A stretch of 61,764 nt of DNA, filler included, from Sluysia triapertura (taxonomy: Eukaryota): NCBI GenBank assembly GCA_046118255.1. It is 5 parts of 5 records of this genome, joined end to end, with 100 filler letters (N's around TTAATTAATTAA, not from the genome) between each part and the next. Parts side by side here need not be neighbours in the genome. Positions count along the whole stretch, not along the records: positions 22,278 to 35,316 come from JBJNIA010064081.1; positions 35,417 to 48,153 come from JBJNIA010085028.1; 3 more parts are not named here. One strand, 5' to 3'. Position 1 is the stretch's first letter. Every line of letters starts with the position of its first letter. This document shows, piece by piece, positions 26,791 to 40,190 of this stretch. Position numbers and translations under genes: made by a program. Under the pieces are notes generated by a model that made no database searches, was not told the DNA's origin, and was given only the letters and a program-made list of their open reading frames with translations.

Positions 26791-27837
26791 TTTGTTTGAG
26801 CTTAAATTTTTATTAATTAAAAAATGAAAAATAAATATAAAAAGATAAAATAATAATAGTAATAATGACAACAAAATGCATAAATTTCTTGTAATAAGTA
26901 TACACGACCTTTCTGTCTTGTTCTTTTAATTCTTAACATATTTTAAATTAACAGAGAAATAAAATTAGCATGTATTTAAACTAAAGATCTTTGCGTATAT
27001 CTTTGTCGTAATATGATATGGTAAGAATACTTTTGTTATGAAGTAAAATGTAGAATGTTAGAGTGAATTTCCAAATAATAACTAATCTTTTTGATTGAGA
27101 GGGACATTTGAACATTGAACAGTGAATAAAAGACCTATTGAGAAAAGTGTAGTTTGGTAAATGTGAAAAGCTAAATTATAATACAACTATTGATATATTT
27201 GAAATATTATTGTGTAATGTTTTGTGTGATTTGTTTATTTCTTGTTTTTGAGTGGTATTGCATTGTGTTGTTGGTGAATATGCTGAGACAAATGGTGAAT
27301 TTAAGGTGTTGTAATTGATTCGAAGGTGCAAAGTAAATAATTTTAAATGTGGAAATTATTTGGTTGTAGTGGATGTTGAGTTGCATGTTTTTGGTAGATT
27401 TGTTGGTGAAAGTTGATGATATTGGATGTAACTGTGGTTTGTATATTATGAGATTGTGAATATGGTTTAGTTTAGACAAAAGAACTGTTTAGTGAGTGTG
27501 TATGAGGTTTAATTAATTTTTTCATTTAAAATTTTAAGAGTTATAACAGTTATCCACCACAAAAGAAGGTAGAAAGATAATTATAAAGATAAAAATACTC
27601 TTCGCGAAATGAAAACGGAATTAAAAAGGTTATCAATAAAAGTGAATGTAGTGATTCTGTGAGTAAATCAAGGACGAAATTAGAACTTATATTAAATGAA
27701 AATAGTAATACTAAGTTACAAAATCGGTTAACAAATACTTTGTGCTTTAGTAGCACAATAAGTCAGCAACGTCCTCTTAAAAATTAAATGAAACAAAATA
27801 ATTCTAAAAAAGTTATTTTGACATAAATACTATTTTG

Positions 27838-29463
27838 ATGTTAAAATATTTTTTTACATTAATAGTACAATCAATAAGAGTATACGATTGTGAAAATTCT
27901 ATACTCGGATTTCACTAATGGATGATGAAGAATGTCTTGAATACATTTATTATCAAAATACGTTTATTAAGTTTTATGACCAAATGCGTCGCATAACCAA
28001 CAGAGATGGTTAATTTATACTCAAGCGAAAATATATTCGATTATAAGAAAAAGGTCTATTAGGTAGTGCGGACATCAAAAGTTAAACAACCTACATTAGA
28101 GGAATATTTAGAAATTACGCCTGCTAATTGTTATTCAGCTTTTAAAATAGATACACAAATTAAACTAAAAGCAAAAGTTTGTACAGTAATTCATTAAGAA
28201 ATTATAGTAGTAGGAGATTTGTTCAATTATGGTACATGTGATTAGTATCAGGAAAGAAAAGTAAAACAAGTATTACTCATAGATACGTATTAAACGGAAA
28301 TTAAGAATGTTGGAGTAATATTATGAATATTAAGAATAATAGGTCGACCGTATAGCTTAGTTAGTTTAAATTCTTATTTTGACGGTCAAAATACACTAAT
28401 ATATGATGCGCAAAAGCAAGAATGTGGAGTAGTTTTCTTAAAGAAATTAAAGGAAAAATATTTACTAAAGGTAAAAATATTTTAGAAAATGACAGTCTTA
28501 TCCTACTTAAGAAAATGAATTGCGAGAAAAAGAAATACTTTTTATATTAATAGCTAATAAAACAGCAGATGCAATAAGATTAGTGAAACGAGATATTATA
28601 AAAACAAACTATGATAAATTTTTTATAAAAACAAAAAATTAAACAAACTTATTCTATTTGACGTTAATTTTACTACTTATTTACTATTTTTGTATCATCA
28701 CCAACTACGGCAAATAGAGGACTTATATCGTAAAATGATAATAAATGATTGTAAATTGAATAGAGAGATTTTAAGAACGAAAATGACATTAATTATGGCA
28801 GATCCAAATATAGCATGTCCACTAATTCCTCTATGAAATGGTGTCTTTAGTAGAATCATGGGAGAAGCATTACAAACATTCAAATGCAAAGAAGTCGAAA
28901 CGAAACAAATATATGTTCCTATGAGTTATTATTTATTTATAAAGGAATCTGACGTTAAACAGGTAAAAGAAATTCAGAAACTACTGGATAGTTAACTCCT
29001 ATTTCACCACCTAGAAGTTTTGCTTTAACAAATTTAGATCATAATATTCAATTTAAAACAATTGAAGATTTAATGACAAGTGGACTATATGACCAAAAAA
29101 ACAATGGAAGAAGCAAGAAGATATCTATTGTTCCCTCAGGTTAGAGATAGAATACTTACGGAAATAGATGAAACATCTCTGATTGAAAACACAAACAGAC
29201 CCGATTTTGAAAGATTGTTATCTGAAAATCATTTCGAAAAGGCAGCTAAAAATGTTATGAAACAAATATGGGAAAAATTTCTCATTTTTGGACAAGCAAT
29301 AGCAGGAGTTTATTACATTATAATAATTATTAAAACTTTATTTAAGAAATTAATATCCACTTACGAATTATATAAAGTTATTGGATTAAGCTGGTGTAGA
29401 GAAATCACGTCTGCACGCTTCATCACACACGAACATTTCTTACATACACAGAACACTAAATAA
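27838..29463 (+). pseudogene. decayed chuvirus-like (class III fusion) glycoprotein gene; endogenous viral element or retrotransposon env
   Basis: Collinear motifs across stops and frameshifts: MLKYFFTLIVQSIRVYDC / TRISLMDDEEC / EYLEITPANC / VGDLFNYGTC / QIEDLYRKMIINDCKLNREILRTKMTL / GVFSRIMGEALQTFKCKEVE / DLMTSGLYDQK-TMEEARRYLLFP / IWEKFLIFGQAIAGVYYIIIIIKTL...YELYKVIGLSW. These match the recalled chuvirus G pattern GYDC..T.SL.D..EC / C.LERQVL...L / GY.A..AGE......C..VE / SGIY......R..IMFP / W..F..FG...AG / Y.LH...GWS. Confidence 0.8.
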
Positions 29464-30269
29464 ACTACTTGACTCATTCAAAAAGCAAACAATCATTTTA
29501 CATAATTATCATAAACTAAATTTATTGCATTTTAAATCCAATTGTAATAATAATTCTTATAATAATACCACATCATCAACATAATCGTATTAATATATAT
29601 CATTATTATGATTATCATGTAGTAATCCTTATAATATCTCAACATCACCAACATCATATTAAAATATAATAATTATATTATAGTTATCATTATGATTTCA
29701 GTTTTTACATTCCATCTTCCTTTTATTTATCATCAATCTTTCTTTTTATTCTTTTGTTTGCATGAATTTTTATATATTTATGTATATGATTCTGATCTCT
29801 AGATATTACAGACATTTGATTCGTGATTAACTTTTATCATAATTCCATCTTTTTATCTTTTATGGCTTTAATAAAACTTTAAAAATTAGACTAATTTTCC
29901 CTAATGGTGTAAAGGTGTGTGTATTTATATTATTGTAAAGGTATTATTTTTCATGTATTTAATTTCATAAATTATTTAAAATATATTTTTATGTATATAT
30001 TAAATTAAAAATAAAAAATGTATAAATGAAATTACCATGAAATACTTATAAAAATAAAATTATAAAGCATCAATATTTTTCAAAGATTTTAACTACCACC
30101 TATTGGTAGATCAATAAATTTAAAGATATGGTTTTCTTATTCACAAATATTAAAGACAAATTCAAAATTTATTAATATTATACAAAGCGATACATCAAGC
30201 TTATTAAAAATTATCAAATAATAACTAGAAATTAACAAAAAAGAGTAAAAACACATGAAAATAATGTAT

Positions 30270-31176
30270 CTATAGTTGAGATATTTCTTTGGCCCATCGT
30301 TCTAATACTGGCATCTGAATTTTACATTCTTCTAAAAACATCTTTAAATTATTGTTATTAGAAGCGCGTTGTAAGTTCTTAAACGCATTTGATAAGGAAC
30401 TTATTTTATTTTGTACTATTTGAAAATCACTTATAAAATTTAGTTTTTCACATGAAAATGACATTTCTGTATTAAATTCCTTTCCAACCTGATCTTCAAT
30501 TAATTTACTTTTACTATCAATAACTGATTCCAAATATTTTACTTCATTTTCAGTTTTACTAATTTCGGAATCATAATTGTTCAGAATATTTGATAAGTTT
30601 TTTTGTATCGGTTGATCTGGGATTCGTCATAAAAACCAGATTCAATTCAAGAGTTTTTTCATATGCACTGCCCACATTTGCGAATAAAGATTTCAATTCA
30701 TTTATGCTAACATTTAGTTTCTTAAGTACAATACTAAAATCTTCAATTGCTTTATAATATTTAAGTAATAAATCATTCAAAATAGTAATAAATATCATAT
30801 TAGAATACCTCATTGAATGAGAATCATACAAACTAATATTTAATGGTTTACTATTTTGAATTAAATAGGAATTCATGAATGAAATATTCAAATCATTTTC
30901 GGTTTTATTCGCTTCTAATTCTTGAATTAATGTTTTTATATTTAACAAGAAATTACAAAAATTAGATACCTTGAATTCAACCACTAAGGGACATTCTTGC
31001 TTTACATATTCATGAAGATTTAAAATGCATAAATGTACATTGTGAGATATTTTGTTTTTAATAATCCGGATAGAATTTAAGTAGTCCAAATTTTTCAAAT
31101 ACTCTATTTCCAATAACTTTAAAATATTTTTTAATGTTATTATCGTTCTTTTTATTAAAGATTCTTCATTAGACAT
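30270..31176 (-). pseudogene. intronless helical/coiled-coil protein of unknown family, split by one frameshift
   Basis: The 201-aa and 87-aa ORFs join into about 300 aa if the A-run near 30600 is corrected (...KNLSNILNNYDSEISKTENEVKYLESVID...). There is a clean ATG at 31176. Confidence 0.5.
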
Positions 31177-33254
31177 TAATATATTTAAATCATAAAAACT
31201 AGAACTAAAAAACCTTGACCTATAAATAATAAAGTTTATTTTAAATTATTTTCATATTATATTAAAAATCATACCAAAATTAGTTCCTCAACAAAATACG
31301 AACATAAAAATTTTATAAATGTAATAATTTAGAAGTATTCATTTTTTTCAATTTTTATAATCATTTTATTACATTTTTATTAACTATAGCACTTAAATAA
31401 ATCACATATTTTTTATTTTTTTCAGAAATTTTTTAGCAAACAAAAATTACTTATATTCTTAAAATAAATAGGCAAAGTATTTTTAACTTTCTGCGAATAT
31501 TCAGAAAAATTTACTTCTAACTTTACACGATTAAAACTAAATATGTTACATAATGAATTCATATCGAACAATAAAAGTATCGCATTTGTAATAAACTTAA
31601 AAAAGGAAAGTAAATGTAAATATTATGTTGAATGAAAGACTTAACTTATTCTGCATCATATTATTTATAAATAAAATGTTAATTTACAAACTTAATTGTA
31701 TTATCAAGCTATTATGAAAGAAAAAGGATTTAATAAAATTTACATATCCGTAAAAAATATTAAAGCATGATTTTAAATAATACTGGAGTGTTAATTCAAT
31801 TCATGTCAGAAGAAAAACGTTAAATTTAAAAGTAAGGATAACGTGACTAAAAATGTAATGCCACAAATTTAAGAATAAAAAATAGTAAATGGGTGATTCA
31901 TATAACTAATCGTGATTCTTATATGAAATTAAATGGTATGTCATAGACTTATGGCAGACTTGACGTGTTTTAATTATCACAACTATCACCTTTAATGAGC
32001 CATGTTTTTAATATTTCGATCAACTTTGTCATTTAATATTTTCTAACATTACCAATCCATTTTCATTGAGAGTGACAAGTGTACATTATTCAATAAAACA
32101 AATACCAGATTTGGAGTTAACAAACTTTCGCTCAGTGTGTTCCAAGTTTATAAAATTAATCAAAAATACTGAATCGAACCTTATTTAGTTCATTGAGCAT
32201 CTTGTGTTTATTGCTTTGTTTACTGATATCCTTCACATAAAACTGAATCTCGATATATTATTATATAACAATTATAAAAGTCAAATCTTTATATGACAAA
32301 TCTTCATATCACAATTATAGTTATATAAATCAAACTTTTTATATAGTTAATCAAATTCTTTAATAAATTACTATCGAACTCTTTAAAAATCTCAGGGGTT
32401 ACACAACATAAATGTTGTTACCGCAAATAAAATATAAAATAATAATAAAAACAAAATGAATCTTAACTCTCTACTAACATCGTAAACTTATTTTGTCTTA
32501 ATGTTATTTCTGAAGAAAAAGATTCAATGAGTGTTATCCACAACTCAATTGAATCCAGCGTTCCTATAGAAAGAAGTTCCTGACTAATTTGTCGATTGAC
32601 ACTGTTGTCGCTTTTTTCTGGATTGTTATGGTGATTTTATGTAAAAAGTCAGCTCTTTATATAGTATCCAGATAATTGTCAGATAGTAGGGAATTCAATT
32701 CAATTATTTTGCATGTTTTACGCCGACTCATTACTAAAATGAAATTTCAATATTAATTTCCAATGAATGTCCGATTTTAGATTGCCTGAAAATTATTTAT
32801 AGATAATGAGTTTTGTGAAGAACAAACCCATATCTCTTTAAAATAATCAAATCATAATTTAATATCACAATTAGCATTATACAAACAGATAAAAATATAC
32901 ATAATCCTAATTTACTTATATTTATAATCTAGCATAAAACTTCTTTTAATAACAATACTTTATATCATACACAACACGTTAACGGTACGTCACAAGTCAA
33001 TCTCAATAGCGTGTATTGACTTGTTTCTTTACAAGCTCTAATTTGATATATACGTTATTAATGCTCGTACATTGGAGCGTATTTAATCTTTAATTTTAAA
33101 TTATAAAATTAATTAAAATAGCTAATTTTACGTTATCTGCGTTGACGTGCTTCGTAACACTTCATTACCAAAACCAATACTAAAACTCAACATTATATAT
33201 GATATCATCATATTATCAGCAAATATTTTTATTGAGTTATCAAATTAAATATTA

Positions 33255-33486
33255 TTAATTAAATTAATTAGCAAATGTACTTTAACACTTCGACAAATAA
33301 AACCATATAAAAGATTATTTCTTCGTATTTCTCATTATCTTATCTTATTCAAGTATTTCATATACTTATCTTATCATTACAATTCATCATAGTCCCCTAT
33401 CTCAATTTCTCAATGAGGTTTACCTTATCTGTCATCCTGAATCTTGAACCTTTATATCTACCTTTGCTTTTCAATAATCCCAACAA
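33255..33486 (-). repeat. solo-LTR-like repeat starting TGTTGGGAT, inverted copy of 35071-35305
   Basis: caaatgtactttaa, ataaaacc, ttcgtat.tctcattat, ttatctta and ttcatca are the reverse complement of collinear blocks in 35071-35305. Confidence 0.7.
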
Positions 33487-33842
33487 TAATATTGTTGATT
33501 TTTATTTTAATTTAAGTAAAAGTAGATTGAGTAGAGTAAAAGGAAGTTATGGTTGATAATAAATAAGATTTCTATGCGTTGTACCTAATGAAGTTTGACA
33601 GACCGTACCATGTAATTGCCAAAGTTTTATTGTCGGTTTGATTCTCAAAGAGGTTTGGATGATTTGTGTGAGAGAATGTTTGATTGTGAGACTGGGAATT
33701 GATTGGATGATGAAAGAGTAAAATCCATGCTTTCGGTAAGGATTATATATTTCATTTAATTATTTTAATATTATTTTAATTATTATTTTGATTATTATTA
33801 TTATTTCATTTGATTTTTTAGTGGGACTATTTTTAAATTCTG

Positions 33843-33960
33843 TAATATCATTTGGTGGGACACTCCCTTTGCTATTTTATTTAAAAAAACATTAACTTTA
33901 TTTTCATTTTTAAGGGATTTTAATATCATTTGGTGGGGGATACCCTTTGCTATTTTATTT
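33843..33960. repeat. local duplication of about 40 bp, period 78
   Basis: taatatcatttggtggg....ccctttgctattttattt occurs twice. Confidence 0.85.
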
Positions 33961-35070
33961 TAAAATATTGAATTTATCCATCAATAATGTTCTGGATATT
34001 GACATTTTTCAGTCTGTGTTGCGTCCTTATTATTATTATAAACACTATTGTTAATTATGTCATTTTAGCTATTTTAGTATTCTTAGTGGAGATTCTTAGT
34101 AACAGTAAATTATATTTTTTTAAAACTTTTGTTTAATAGTAAATTATTGTGTTATCTTGATTTGATTTCAAAAAGTTTAATTTTGGGGTAAATAATTATT
34201 TATATTAAGTAAAATAATTACTTAAAATTATACTTGATATAGTGACTATTTAAATTATTAAGATTCTTTTAAGCTGATCAAGTTAATATTGAGTTGTAGT
34301 AATTAATAAAATTTTAAAGACGCAACAATTTTATTCCAACGCATAAATTTTCTCCAACGATCTTTTTAAACACAGATTTCAAATTTAACAATTTCAAGTT
34401 TAACTGCCTTAACATTATACAATAGTTTAAAGACTCCTAAAGTCATTGAAAAATTCACATAATCAGAAACGCACTCAGTTAATAAGATTTAAGTAATACA
34501 TAAGCACCAATCGAAAAAAGAAAGGTATAGGCTATACATTCACAGATCTTCTACACTTTTACTTTCACTCAAAGAAATAGAAATAGTAAAAGAATGAGAA
34601 ATTATAGAGAATATACTTTCTTTTAGGAAGTACAAATTTTTACGAAACAAACACTTTTACATATTTTTACAGTAAAGAAATATGTTTAAAATCAGAAAGA
34701 ATGTATGCAAAATTTTTATTTTTGTTTTATTATTTATTATTATTTTCATTTTTATATTATTATTACATATTTTTATTTTATTATTATTAACGNNNNNNNN
34801 NNNNNNNNNNNNNNNNNNNNNNNNNNNNNNNNNNNNNNNNNNNNNNNNNNNNNNNNNNNNNNNNNNNNNNNNNNNNNNNNNNNNNNNNNNNNNNNNNNNN
34901 NNNNNNNNNNNNNNNNNNNNNNNNNNNNNNNNNNNNNNNNNNNNNNNNNTCAATCTATTTCATTGTTAGTATTATTATTATCATTATTAATCATTATTAT
35001 TATTAGTAGCACATTTTCTCATCTTCACCATCATTTTAACCACTATTTAATTCAAGGTGTTCAATTATAT

Positions 35071-35305
35071 TGTTGGGATTAGTGAAGAATAAGGGTTGGT
35101 ATAAGGGTCAAAACTTGGGATAACAGAGTTGGTTGAACGTTATTGAAGAACTAAGACGAAGCATTGTGATGAACTGCAATAGTAAGATAACCATGGAGAA
35201 CATTTGAATCAAAGTAAAATAATGAGAGATACGAAAAGATAACCCTGTAAAAGGTTTTATCTGCTAAAATATTAAAGTACATTTGTTAATTAATTTAATT
35301 ATAAT
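35071..35305 (+). repeat. solo-LTR-like repeat starting TGTTGGGAT
   Basis: Homologous, in opposite orientation, to 33255-33486. Confidence 0.7.
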
Positions 35306-35316
35306 TTGTTTAATTT

Positions 35317-35416
35317 NNNNNNNNNNNNNNNNNNNNNNNNNNNNNNNNNNNNNNNNNNNNTTAATTAATTAANNNNNNNNNNNNNNNNNNNNNNNNNNNN
35401 NNNNNNNNNNNNNNNN
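35317..35416. other. artificial scaffold spacer
   Basis: 44 N + TTAATTAATTAA + 44 N. Confidence 0.97.
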
Positions 35417-35973
35417 TTAATTATGTGAAATAAAAAAAACGATTATTTATAACCTTTTTCTTTAATAAAAAACGCGCGTTAAGGGGTTAAATATGACAAG
35501 TTTCATCCCATACTTTCTATCAATTTTTGTTTTTATTTATTTTGACATTGACTGCATTTTTCGCGATATTTCTTTCTTAGTTTAAGATTACAAAGGTATT
35601 TAATTTAATTTTATATTAAATTATAAAAAATTAATTTTTCAAAATTATTCTCATTATTAATAATAAAAATTTAAAAAATATAATTAAAATGTAATTAAAA
35701 TTACAATATTTAAAATTGAAATAAGTAATTACTGCAAACAAATAGTAAAAAAATTTGTTTTTATATTTAGTTTTTGATAATAATACTAACAATTTATATT
35801 TTTAAAACAACTGCTTTCATTTCATTTTACATAAAATTACATATGATTATAAATTCATGTGGTATTGTTTTTAAATAAAATAATTTAATATAATATAATA
35901 AACATAATTATGAAATGTCGCCTTATGCTAATTAATATATTTTGTATTTTATTACTTATACCTTTTTTGTTAG

Positions 35974-36480
35974 ATCTCAAATTAATTTCGTCTCCAGCTC
36001 AAGAATGTGACTGGTGCAGTCGATTCAACCAAGAATCAGACATATCATCTGTATCAGCAGCTTCAGATACTATTTTTAGTCAGTCGAATGATTATTTAAT
36101 AGATTGTGATATGCTAGAACACCGTATTCAGCTGGTGGGTACTGTAATGCGTAATGTTGCCTTGGATACCACTTTATCAACAAATACCACCAGTGTCTCC
36201 TCAATAATAAATCAAATTACTAATTCTTCGGTACCATCCTCTTCAATATTATCGTCTGCTATGATAATGACAAATCGGTTGTCAGCAGTCTTGACTCAAA
36301 ATCAACAAATGATGCGTTTCATTATATTATGCTGTTATTCGATAAAACCACCTATACGGCAGATTGGTCTTGAATTGATTGCACTTTTAAGATTTCCAGT
36401 TGTAGGAATCTTGAAAGAAATTTTGCGACAACTTTTACCAGAATTAATCGACAGTGACGATAGATTTGATCGATTAAGAG
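35974..36480 (+). CDS. ARID2: ARID2/BAF200 (PBAF subunit) internal exon
   Basis: Acceptor ttttgttag| and donor g|gttaat. HRIQLVGTVMRNVALD...NQQMMRFIILCCYS...IRQIGLELI...DSDDRFDRLRG matches ARID2 QRVLQIAVILRNLSFE...NRTCLRFLLLSAHS...LRQLGLDTL...MSRDRFLKMRG, with a Ser/Thr-rich insertion. Confidence 0.85.
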
Positions 36481-37862
36481 GTTAATTCAACAATTTTAGG
36501 ATTTAATAGTATAGTGAAAATTACTGAAAATAAATATCTAAATACATAAAAATGATAATAAAGAAAATAATAATAATAATCTAAAAAGAACACTTGAAAG
36601 AAAAAATAGTAATAAAAAGAAAAAGAAAAACTACCTATTATTTTCTTCCTCTGCAAATCTAAAAATATTTATATTAATAATTTTTGTATTAGTGTTATCA
36701 AAAATTTTATGTAAAATACTTACTGCATTTTGGGCATAAGCCAAATTATTATAATTACGGGAAAGTAGCCAGAAAATCTGTGTAAATTGAAGATAAATAG
36801 TAAGAGTTACACAAAACAAAAAGCAACTTTCTATAGTTACATTCAATTATTATCTAGATCATTTTCCCTGTTATTTCATTATTCATTAACCAATTTAATT
36901 AACAATCAAGATATATCCATTTATAAAATCTGTGCATTTATCGTGTTTAAGTTGTTTAAGAGATGCAATGCACTTAAAATCTCTTCTCAATGTTGCGCTA
37001 TTTTTACTATGATAGTGATAAATTCAGTTTAAAATTAATTATTACAATTTAGATCCTAAATCTAAATTGATTTTATATTATAAACTAATTCAAAATACTC
37101 ATAACGGAATAGTTAATATCAGTAACTTGATTTAATTACACAATAGTAAGTTTTTAATTCTACTTGCGCTTATATTATTAGTGAACTTGTGTTTCTACTT
37201 TTGATTTAATTACGTATATATTAATTAAAACGTTGACTTATTCTGTTTTGAGTAGTAGAATCTTTATTTGGTAGCACACGAAGTAAGAACTCATAATTGT
37301 TGAATATTTAAAGTTTCTTCGACTATTGGTAACTGTGCTCGGTGAAATTTACTGAACTTATTGATGTCAGAATAAGTTTTAAAAATACTTATTTTAAAAC
37401 GTTATCCTTCAATCTACATAAAAAATTAATGTGCCTTGTAAGTGCTTGTAACATGTATTAATGTTAGAAATTGAAATGAGAATTATTTAGTACTTGAATC
37501 TCTTAAATTAAGATAACTAATTCAAATCACAATACTTTTTTATCATTGTTTCTTCATCGCTCTTATTATCAGCTTAAGGCCTTACAAAGCTATGTAACTA
37601 TATTTTAATAGGTAATTGACCCAATAAAAAACAAACAACAAAAATAACGAAAAAACGAATTAATCTAAAAAGCTTCTGGACCGTTTATTTGTGCTTATTT
37701 TTCTGAAATAACCATTTAATTCATCGTACACGATGTTTGATTTAACGAAACTTAATACAACTGTATTGTATTGCTTTCAATTGTCTTAAAACAATTCGAA
37801 ATATCTCATTCCATGTTTGATCTTTTTGACCAACATATTCAGCTATTTCTCGAATATTTTTA

Positions 37863-38330
37863 TCAAGATAAACATTGAATTTGGCTAAAGTTTTTAATAT
37901 ACTTTTTTATGATTTTAACAATTATCTTAAAATCAAATTTATTAACGATATGTTTAGGATTAAGGCCTTTAAAACTTATATAAAACTTGATGTAGTTTAT
38001 AACTTTTGCACTTTTCATAATTTTGTTTACAATATTTTTAGGCTTAAGGCCTTTAAAAAAATTTATAAAACTTAACCCAAACAATACAATTAAATTAACT
38101 AGTAAATTTATATTAATCAAACTAGGAACTAAAATAAAATAAATAATAAACTAAAATAATAAACTAAAAGCTGCACTGCCTACAATTGTACCAGGAAATA
38201 ATTCATCATTATTTTCATTTCCTACCAATATTCTATCACATACAACTGATACACCAACACAGGTGAAATGAAGTAAAATTAATAAGATAATAATTTATAT
38301 ACCATAATTTTCAATAGGATCAGAATCACA
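37863..38330 (-). pseudogene. degenerate STT3-derived membrane-protein fragment
   Basis: One frame with two stops reads ...VVCDRILVGNENNDELF...ININLLVNLIVLFGLSFINFFKGLKP. It parallels LSRSTSRNYGNES...INLVASLNVLIICSLLIISGLKP of the 45.5-46.2 kb copy. The GLKP block is locally duplicated (GLNP). Confidence 0.45.
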
Positions 38331-39289
38331 TTTCGGATAAAGTTTAATAATGAAATCATATTTACAGTGTTATTCAGGAATGATATTTAATCTTATATAT
38401 TTTATTGTAAAATTTGATTCTTTGTTTCCTATTTATATTTCTTGTTAACTTCAATTTGTAGCTAACGCCGTTAGTACCTTGAACCTTATTTGATTTAGGT
38501 GCTCCTTTAAGAAATATAATATAGAACTTTATATTATGTTGAAGCATTAATAATAATATTTGGCATTTAACAAAAATAATGTCATTTTCACAACGATTTC
38601 TTTTATATTTACCTTATGATGTTAAATTACTCATAGATAATATTGCTCTTGGTGATAAATCAGATTTAAAGACAATTGTGCACATTGAACATCAATCATC
38701 TGTAAAATTCTTTAGATTATCAGGTGACGGATTTTTACTTTGATTAATCTAACCTAATTCAAAAGCTTTTCTATTATTTAAATTAGAATTAAATTTTAAT
38801 ATTATTTCATACGATTTTGAATTCGGCTTTCTAATAACAGAAAATCCTGGATGTTTTGTTCTTTTTGAGTTAACATACTATAACATCTACTCGAACAATA
38901 ATATTTGCTTTAAAATCTTGTTTCTCAGTAATTAATAAAGTAATATTAATAAATTATAGACGTGTTTCTTGTACAACCATGATATTCGGGTAATTGACAG
39001 TTCACTTGAAATGGAGTTATTAAATGTAGCACTGATACTAATAGATTAAAATATTTTATTTTTATATCGTTAGTAAAAATAATTATGACAATAAATAATG
39101 TTAATTATAAATGTGAATAATAATAATAAATAGAGTAATATTAAAAATAATAGTAACAGTAAGTAATAGGAATGATTAAAACAATAATTGTTATAACAAA
39201 AATAATAATAAAAATCATAAAAATATCCTACTTTCATTTGTAGGTAGGTAATTGTTTTAAAAGATTAATTTTTTAGAATAATAATAATT

Positions 39290-39625
39290 TAGAATCAGAT
39301 ATACAAATATATACTGAATTTGAAATTATTAAAATAGAAAACACTATTAAAAGTATAGAAAAACTAATAATTGAATTGATAAATTATTTTAGAATAAATA
39401 TTTGAACGTAATTGTACAAAAGTAAAAGTAGCCACAATGCTAAAATAAATGAATCAAAGTTAATTGTAAGTAGTAATATACTATAAACTGTATGGATTAA
39501 TACAGAAGAAAATATTAATTGTATTATCAAAGATTGAAAGTAGCAATAACTGCAAGAGTAGAATTCGAAATCAGGATGATTATCTATAACTGTTACGTTA
39601 CGAAAGATCTGAATATCTCTTAAAG
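39290..39625 (+). repeat. dispersed repeat copy homologous to 2870-3400
   Basis: Collinear shared blocks atatactgaatttgaaat ... gtagaattcgaaatc ... ctgaatatctctt. Confidence 0.7.
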
Positions 39626-40039
39626 ATGATATAACAATTTATGCACAATAAAATGAAGTAGAAGTAGCAGCATTAAAAATACTTATATTAATAATAATAG
39701 TGATAAAATGCGAGTATCAATAAAATGTAAACGTGGGGAGGAAGAACAAATAAAACATTGTAACGGCAACCACAAAATTATTATAACGATAGTTATTACT
39801 ATTACGATAATAGTTAATATTATTATTATGATAATAATAATTGTGAAATTATAGTAATTATAAATTATTACGACTGCGTTTATGTTTTGTATGAATTGAG
39901 TAATTTGTTTATGTAAGAAGTGTTGATTTGTAGGTGTTTGTGATTATTGTGAATTGTTTTTTTCATTAAATTTACTAAAATGATTGTTTTTTCAGCTTCA
40001 ACTCAATTTTTTGTCGATAATAGAACGCAATATTTAGGC

Positions 40040-40190
40040 ATAATTGTTAATTCATCAATATTTTTGGCAACTGATGCACTTTTGGTTTTATTATTTAATC
40101 CAATGTGGCATAAATGCCATAGTATCATTGATATATTAATGACCATCAGAATATTCTTTCATTAGCATTTGTGCGTATTTACAAGCACTG
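40040..40190 (-). mobile_element. possible LTR-retrotransposon integrase zinc-binding (H2C2) remnant
   Basis: YAQMLMKEYSDGH*YINDTMAFMPHWIK**NQKCISCQKY resembles the H..H...T.......W......C..CQ layout. Confidence 0.35.

Noticed and set aside
34657-35082. ORFs spanning N-gaps (also 25135-25401)
   Set aside because: These are artefacts of N translation and AT-rich low complexity.
39980-40165. Plus-strand ORF as the next ARID2 exon
   Set aside because: Similarity is marginal, and the opposite strand fits an integrase zinc-finger relic better.
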